The position numbers and the translations under genes are program-made. A DNA stretch of 64,000 bases from a virus. Its lineage: Duplodnaviria; Caudoviricetes. The notes under the pieces were generated by a model. It saw only the letters and a list, made by a program, of their open reading frames with translations. It had not been told where the DNA came from and did no database searches. The DNA lies in the IMG/VR virus record IMGVR_UViG_3300010346_001536. One strand, given 5' to 3'. Below, piece by piece: positions 58,287 through 64,000 of the stretch (positions are counted from its first letter, which is position 1; each line of letters opens with the position of its first letter).

Positions 58287-59462
58287 ATGAAAAATAATAT
58301 TGATATTAATGAACCAATTATTACATCTTTCTTAGATGATGATTTGTATAAAATTACTATGGGGTCAGTTGTATTTCATACTTTTCCTCGTGCTTATGTT
58401 ATATATAATTTATACAATCGGGTAAAAGTACCATTTCCTCCGGGATTTGAAGCGGCTTTACGTCGGCAAATTAATTATGTTTCTAATTTGCGAATGACTC
58501 CCGAGGAAGCGAATTGGCTTAGAACTATTTCTTATATACGTCCTACTTATATCTCATGGCTCGAAAATTATCAGATGAATCCCGATGAAGTAATAACTTC
58601 TCAAATGGGAGATTATTTGCATGTAGAAATCGAGGGTCCTTGGTATAGAACAATTTTCTGGGAAGTTAAACTCATGGCTATTATTTCTGAGTTGTATTAT
58701 CGAATGACTAATCAAAGTCCTGATGATAAGTGGATTGAACGAATTAAAAATAAAGCCGAAAAACTTTCCAATGCTGAGTGTCATTGGATTGATTTTGGAA
58801 CCCGCCGGCGTTATAGCTTAGCAGTGCAACAAAAGCTAGTAGAAATTATGAAGAATTACAAAGGATTTCTAGGAACAAGCAATCCTTACTTGGCTTTTAA
58901 ATTTGGTGTAACTCCACACGGTACATATGCTCATGAGTGTATTATGGCGATGAGTGCCTTATATGGACCTAGAATGGCAGATAAAATGTGGCGTAAACAT
59001 TGGGTTGACCATTATCAAGGAAATGTCGGGGTGGCTCTAACAGATACCTTTACCAGTAAAATTTTCTGGAATGATTTTGATTCTTATGATGCTCGTCTTT
59101 TTGATGGGTGTCGTCAAGATAGTGGAAATGAATATACCTGGGGAACCGATATGATTGACCACTACCGACGCCTAGGAATTCCGGTGAGTAACAAACGCAT
59201 GATATTTAGTAATAACTTAGATACAGATAAATATATAAGTATTGACCGCTACTTTCGTAAATATGCCCAGCCCTGCGGCGGCATTGGAACTCATTTTACC
59301 AATGATGTAGGAGTTAATCCTTTAAACATAGTTATTAAAATGAACAGGGCTAATTTTGGTATTGGTTGGTTGCCTGTGACCAAACTAACCGATGATGTAA
59401 CAAAACAACTGGCTTATCCAGAGTTTATTGATTTAATTAAAAAACAATTAAACATGGTATAA
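58287..59462 (+). CDS. pncB: nicotinate phosphoribosyltransferase
   Basis: LDDDLYKITM, WEV.LMA.ISE, DFGTRRRYS, GTSN, GT.AHE, LTDTF, RQDSG, GIGT.FTND, PLNIVIK. Confidence 0.93.
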   Translation: MKNNIDINEPIITSFLDDDLYKITMGSVVFHTFPRAYVIYNLYNRVKVPFPPGFEAALRRQINYVSNLRMTPEEANWLRTISYIRPTYISWLENYQMNPDEVITSQMGDYLHVEIEGPWYRTIFWEVKLMAIISELYYRMTNQSPDDKWIERIKNKAEKLSNAECHWIDFGTRRRYSLAVQQKLVEIMKNYKGFLGTSNPYLAFKFGVTPHGTYAHECIMAMSALYGPRMADKMWRKHWVDHYQGNVGVALTDTFTSKIFWNDFDSYDARLFDGCRQDSGNEYTWGTDMIDHYRRLGIPVSNKRMIFSNNLDTDKYISIDRYFRKYAQPCGGIGTHFTNDVGVNPLNIVIKMNRANFGIGWLPVTKLTDDVTKQLAYPEFIDLIKKQLNMV

Positions 59463-60193
59463 TTTATTTATATGGAAATATCTTTAGAAATTTGAGGAAC
59501 GGCGGACCGCAAAGTAAATGGAAATTACATTTTCTATTGTTGGAACAAGCGGACATCCATCTCTTCACTCGACGGCATTTAAGGCGGCATATTTTGTAGC
59601 TGAGGAATTGTTAAAAAAATTTGAACAGTGTAATTACCCCATAACCCATCTTGTTTCGGGGGGACGAGCATTTTCTGAACATATTGCAGTACAACTATTC
59701 TTAGATAAGAAAGTACCCCATTTACGAATATTTACTTCTTCTGACTATTGGTCGAATAAGTTTCCTAGAAAAATTTATGATGTAGATAACCGGAAAAATT
59801 TTTCGGAAATGGAAAAACAACAGCACTATAAATTTGAAAGACTCACGGGAATTAATTCGTTAAATGCACTTGGAATGGCCCAGAATCGGGGAGCAGAAAT
59901 AAAATATGTTTCCCGAGGATTTCATACGTGTAACGCATTAATAGCTAAATCCGATTTTTTATTGGCGATTGCTTATGGAGAAAAAAATGTTGTTAAAGAT
60001 GTAGTAGCAGAGCATATTGTTCGTCGATATTTAGAGAGAGTAAGAAAGGAAAACATTTTTGATAAATCATATTTTTATAATTTAACTGATGGGAAAATAT
60101 ATGTTGGATGTAATGTTCCACCTTTGATAAATTAAACATGGTATAATTTATTTATATGGAAATATCTTTAGCAATTTGTGGAACGGCGGGCCG
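59446..60193 (+). repeat. 64-bp near-identical direct repeats (59446-59509 and 60130-60193) bracketing the first SLOG-like gene
   Basis: AATTAAACATGGTATAATTTATTTATATGGAAATATCTTTAG... at both sites, 684 bp apart. Confidence 0.9.
59518..60135 (+). CDS. SLOG-superfamily-like protein, divergent paralog
   Basis: THLVSGGRAFSEHIA, NALIAKSDFLLA; aligns with 60156..60860. Confidence 0.65.
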   Translation: MEITFSIVGTSGHPSLHSTAFKAAYFVAEELLKKFEQCNYPITHLVSGGRAFSEHIAVQLFLDKKVPHLRIFTSSDYWSNKFPRKIYDVDNRKNFSEMEKQQHYKFERLTGINSLNALGMAQNRGAEIKYVSRGFHTCNALIAKSDFLLAIAYGEKNVVKDVVAEHIVRRYLERVRKENIFDKSYFYNLTDGKIYVGCNVPPLIN

Positions 60194-60860
60194 AAGAGAA
60201 AGTGGTAAGCGTTTATCGCGTCAACATTTTGAGGCAGCCTATGCCATAGCCGAAGAATTGTTAAAACAGATTAATGAATGTAATTATCCAATTACCCATC
60301 TTGTAAGTGGCGGCGCGGCTTATATGGACCATATAGCCGTAAAACTTTTTCTTAATAATAAAGTCCCCCATTTACGATTATTTCTTCCTGCTATATGGGA
60401 AAATAGTTCTTATTATGATAATCGTATAAGAAATATGGTTAAAAATCCCGGCGAATATGCCAATTATTACCATGAACGTTTTCAAAGAGTAACTGGTATT
60501 AATTCTCTTTCAGAAATACAAATTGCTAAATCCCGTGGTGCTGAATTAATTGACCGAAATAAACAAGGCAAATCTCTCGGATTTTATGCTCGAAATGCTC
60601 TCGTTGCTAAATCAGACTTCTTATTTGCATGTACATTTGGCGATGGCAGAATAGTAAAAGAGGGGGGGACCGCCGATACTGTTAGAAAATATCTTGAAAG
60701 AGTTCGAAAAGAAGGTATTTTTGACAAGTCATTTCATTACGATTTGAATAGCAAAAATATTTATGAAGGTTGTCTGGCCCCCTTCTTAAATGAAAATACT
60801 TCTAATAAGTCTCAATCTGCTGGAACTTATTCTTACTCGATGGCAAGGATTTCTCCCTAG
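60156..60860 (+). CDS. SLOG-superfamily (YspA/DprA-like) protein
   Basis: AICGT.GR, LVSGGAAYMDHIA, FYARN.LVA.SD, GGT..T. Confidence 0.7.
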   Translation: MEISLAICGTAGRRESGKRLSRQHFEAAYAIAEELLKQINECNYPITHLVSGGAAYMDHIAVKLFLNNKVPHLRLFLPAIWENSSYYDNRIRNMVKNPGEYANYYHERFQRVTGINSLSEIQIAKSRGAELIDRNKQGKSLGFYARNALVAKSDFLFACTFGDGRIVKEGGTADTVRKYLERVRKEGIFDKSFHYDLNSKNIYEGCLAPFLNENTSNKSQSAGTYSYSMARISP

Positions 60861-61074
60861 ATAGATAATGGGCAAGACTTTTTATACGCCTTTCCACGCG
60901 AATCAGCAATTCCTGCGCTCTCTCTTTGTCTGCCTCGTAGTCCTCTTCTCCCCAGTTAAAATCGGTCTCATATGTAGCAATCATAGTATCCCGGTCAAAA
61001 TTAATAAATTTAATGAGTGCCTTCCTCATGGATTCGAGGGACTTCATATTTCTAGTTTTATTTGGGTCTATCAT
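60802..61074 (-). CDS. hypothetical protein
   Basis: Minus-strand ORF; TTGACA promoter near 61257. Confidence 0.5.
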   Translation of the reverse strand: MIDPNKTRNMKSLESMRKALIKFINFDRDTMIATYETDFNWGEEDYEADKERAQELLIRVERRIKSLAHYLSREKSLPSSKNKFQQIETY

Positions 61075-61316
61075 AATTAAATGTTTCTTTTTTCCAACGA
61101 GACAAATTAAATAAAAAAAATGGTATGAAAATAAAAATAACAAATAACCACTCTCCTACCCATTTTAAAAATTTAATTATGTTTTTCATTAAGACTGACT
61201 TTAACATCAGTAATAAATATTATACACTAACATACAATGAAATGTTTTAATTGTCAACTGAAAAAAAACTCAAAGATTTAAATTGACAATGTTTTGAAAT
61301 ATATTTACACTAGGGT

Positions 61317-61514
61317 ATGAAAAAATGGATTGTAACGTGTGATGAATGTGGAAAGAAATCCTCGTTTTATGACCAAAAAGACCTGGAATATTCAGGGTGG
61401 TCTGTAATTGCATGGAAATTACCAAGCGGAGACCCCCGTTGTGTCTGTGACCAATGTGAATACGGTAAATCTAAAGAAAAACCAATTCAAAAAAAGAAAA
61501 GACTAAAAGTATGA
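61317..61514 (+). CDS. small Zn-ribbon protein
   Basis: CDECG...GW...C.CDQC; promoter TTGACA-N17-TACACT at 61283-61311. Confidence 0.7.
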   Translation: MKKWIVTCDECGKKSSFYDQKDLEYSGWSVIAWKLPSGDPRCVCDQCEYGKSKEKPIQKKKRLKV

Positions 61515-62995
61515 AGAAAATTTTATATCTACTGCTCACAATTTTTATTTTTCTAATCGGAAGTATTTGTGCACATTCTCAAACTATCTCTATCCCGACT
61601 TCTGAACCTATTTTTTATGACCCTTTTCATAACGGATATTATACTCCCTGGACCTTTTATCAAGGCTCTCATTTATTTACAACGGGTGTCTTGCGCCTAA
61701 CAGCCAATAAAAATACAGGAGCGTATGCTTATGTACGAACTAACTGGACAAATATCACCGTATCTGCCGATATTAAATTAAATGAAGATTCTTGGGCAGC
61801 AGCCATCGGTTTAAGATATAATCCAACTAATGGTTCTCATTATCAAGCAAGGATATATAATAATGGAAAATTTTCTATTGAAAAATATATCAATTGGTAT
61901 AATATATGGTTTGAATTAGCAACGACAAATATTTCAATTCCAGGAACATCTACCAATAATATTCAACTAGCTATTACTAATAATATTTTAATAGCTTTTT
62001 TTAATGGTATTCAATACCTTACTTATACTGACCCCGTTTCATTAAATCCGGGAGGAATTTGTTTAAGTATATGGGGCAATACTTCTTCTAGTACTGCTGA
62101 ATTTGATAATGTAACTGTATATGACCTGGGAGGCGAACCAATTTTAAAAGAGTCTCCAGAATTTATTACGGGATTAACTAATATAATAGGGATACGTAAT
62201 TCCAATGCTCTTTTAAGTGTAAAAACCACAGGAACTTCTTTAACATATATTTGGCAAACTCCTAATGGAATCGTAGTAAATACAAATAATACGTATCTTA
62301 TTACTAATATACAAAGAGCCGGCTCAATCGGAGTTACTATCAGTAACTCTAATGGTAAAGTAACATCTTCGGCCTATATGTCTATGGGAACTACTAATAT
62401 TCTATATGAATGTTTCCCTGCTATTCCAAAAACAAATATATTATTAACTTGGTGTCCTAGTTTATCTCCGGAAGTAACAGGATATTATGTTTATTATGGT
62501 TCAAGAACTACACCAATTTCTGATTGGATGCCTGATGTTTATGATATTAATGAACCCCCATGTCCTGGAATTTTACTTCAACGAGGAACTAATTGGTATC
62601 GTAATTATACTAATCGTATAGATGCAGGCAATAATTTATCTACAGTTATAAGTAATTTAACTCCTGGACTTACTTATTATTTTTCAGTTACCGCTTATGA
62701 TACGAATCTATTTGAAAGTGATTTTTTAACTGAAACTTCATATACAGTTCCTAATTTTGTTAAACCCAATCCTTCAACCAATGTAATGCTTACTATTGTA
62801 GCTATTGGTGGAGGACAAATAAAATTGCAAGGTAAAGTGTGTCCTTCTTCGTTAACTACTTTTCTTTATCAAAATGGAATTCTACAACCGTGGAATGTAT
62901 TAGCATCTAATGTTTTATCTGATGTTTATGGAAATTTAGTTTATATTGATAAACCAACTAACTCAATGCGCTTTTATAGAGCATTGTTACAATAA
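61511..62995 (+). CDS. secreted protein: signal peptide, beta-sandwich (DUF1080/LamG-like), Ig, FN3, RFYR C-terminal domain
   Basis: MKK + hydrophobic + AHS-Q; LTYIWQ..V.ISNSNG.VTS (Ig); LTW..V.GY.VYYG..NL.PG.TYYF.VTAY..ESD (FN3); YID...MRFYRA. Confidence 0.8.
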   Translation: MKKILYLLLTIFIFLIGSICAHSQTISIPTSEPIFYDPFHNGYYTPWTFYQGSHLFTTGVLRLTANKNTGAYAYVRTNWTNITVSADIKLNEDSWAAAIGLRYNPTNGSHYQARIYNNGKFSIEKYINWYNIWFELATTNISIPGTSTNNIQLAITNNILIAFFNGIQYLTYTDPVSLNPGGICLSIWGNTSSSTAEFDNVTVYDLGGEPILKESPEFITGLTNIIGIRNSNALLSVKTTGTSLTYIWQTPNGIVVNTNNTYLITNIQRAGSIGVTISNSNGKVTSSAYMSMGTTNILYECFPAIPKTNILLTWCPSLSPEVTGYYVYYGSRTTPISDWMPDVYDINEPPCPGILLQRGTNWYRNYTNRIDAGNNLSTVISNLTPGLTYYFSVTAYDTNLFESDFLTETSYTVPNFVKPNPSTNVMLTIVAIGGGQIKLQGKVCPSSLTTFLYQNGILQPWNVLASNVLSDVYGNLVYIDKPTNSMRFYRALLQ

Positions 62996-62998
62996 GAT

Positions 62999-63769
62999 AT
63001 GTCAAATCATTTACCCACAGTTTCTTTATGTATGTTTATACATAATGAAATGCATATTTTACCCCATATGCTTTTTTATGAAATGCGATGGGCCGACCAA
63101 GTTTGCATTATTGATATGGCATCAACCGACGGATTAAAAGAATTTTGTGAATCGGCCCTTCGACCTCAAGATGTATATGTAAGACGAGAACGTAATACTT
63201 GCGCGTTGCTTGGATTTGCCGAAGCTAAAAACGCCGCCATTTCATTATCTACTTCTGACTTTGCATATTTTGCCGGCGCTAATTCTGTAATTGACTGGAC
63301 AATAGCTCCTAATATAAAACATATATTAAAAGAAACAACGGGTCCAGTTCTTCGTATTAATACTATTAATGTTAAATATAGTGCTCCTGAATGTTATCAT
63401 ACTTGGGAACGAGATGTAAAAGAAAAACGTTTTATAGATACTCACGAACATAGAAACTTTATACGTAAAGGGTCCGGTATAGATATTAAAGGATATATTC
63501 ATGAGGAGCCTCATTTAGGAGAAGAGAATGCCCGCAATATTGCCGAACCAGTGCCCATAGTACGATACCATTTTAATCATCCCTTTACCCGTTATGCTCG
63601 CCAACTGCGCTATTCATGGATGTTTAGACGACTTCGAAATACTCCTTCTCTTCAAAAATATACTCATAGTTGGTGGTGGACAGAATATTATGACCAAAAT
63701 CGCCAACGAATTGAAGACGAAGCTAATCAATATGAAATCCTTTATGCCCACGAAATTAGACCCCTATGA
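62999..63769 (+). CDS. GT2-like glycosyltransferase
   Basis: VSLC....NE, D.V.IID..STDG, F..AKN.A, G.IHE. Confidence 0.75.
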   Translation: MSNHLPTVSLCMFIHNEMHILPHMLFYEMRWADQVCIIDMASTDGLKEFCESALRPQDVYVRRERNTCALLGFAEAKNAAISLSTSDFAYFAGANSVIDWTIAPNIKHILKETTGPVLRINTINVKYSAPECYHTWERDVKEKRFIDTHEHRNFIRKGSGIDIKGYIHEEPHLGEENARNIAEPVPIVRYHFNHPFTRYARQLRYSWMFRRLRNTPSLQKYTHSWWWTEYYDQNRQRIEDEANQYEILYAHEIRPL

Positions 63770-64000
63770 TTGAAGAACGCCCCATCGAATGTGACATTTG
63801 TCATTTTAAATACTTGTTTGTAATATATGACCAACAACGAAAAATTTATATTTGCCCTAAATGTTGCGATAAAATTGGACATCAACCGCCTTTCACTACC
63901 AAAGAATTTTTAAAATATAATGTCCCCCACAAATAATAAAAAAATTGAAGATGACGACGAAGGAATTTTGGATATCGCTAAGATGGCTCAAGAATTCCAA

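Noticed and set aside
1-64000. Stop-codon reassignment
   Set aside because: Conserved enzymes are full length in code 11, and TAA, TGA and TAG all end genes

Overview
AT-rich, densely coding segment of a large (jumbo-type) tailed dsDNA phage read in the standard code. I found no rRNA, tRNA, CRISPR array or integrase. From left to right the window holds: (1) a T4-like sliding clamp and clamp loader; (2) a ~13 kb glycan-modification region with several glycosyltransferases, two methyltransferases, a sulfotransferase-like gene and a CCA-type nucleotidyltransferase fused to a beta-sandwich domain; (3) probable virion/late genes preceded by a TATTTATA motif, an SF2 helicase, HNH genes and gmd; (4) a minus-strand RNA-repair block (phosphoesterase, polynucleotide kinase, cyclic-phosphate receiver-like protein, split RNA ligase); (5) two DNA methyltransferases around a DIP1984-like gene pair followed by a structured 7-nt-periodic RNA; (6) a DUF2828/TROVE-like vWA gene behind a 460-nt structured leader; (7) Thg1, DHFR, ThyA, DNA ligase and an exonuclease; (8) rIIA and an rIIB extended with acidic, Cys-rich and ACP-like domains; (9) a PncA/PncB/SLOG NAD-salvage cluster; (10) a secreted protein with a Verrucomicrobia-style RFYR C-terminus, which is a host clue. 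The strongest candidates for undescribed systems are the two protein + ncRNA loci (35.4-36.6 kb and 38.9-41.0 kb). All family calls come from motif recognition by eye; no database searches were run.
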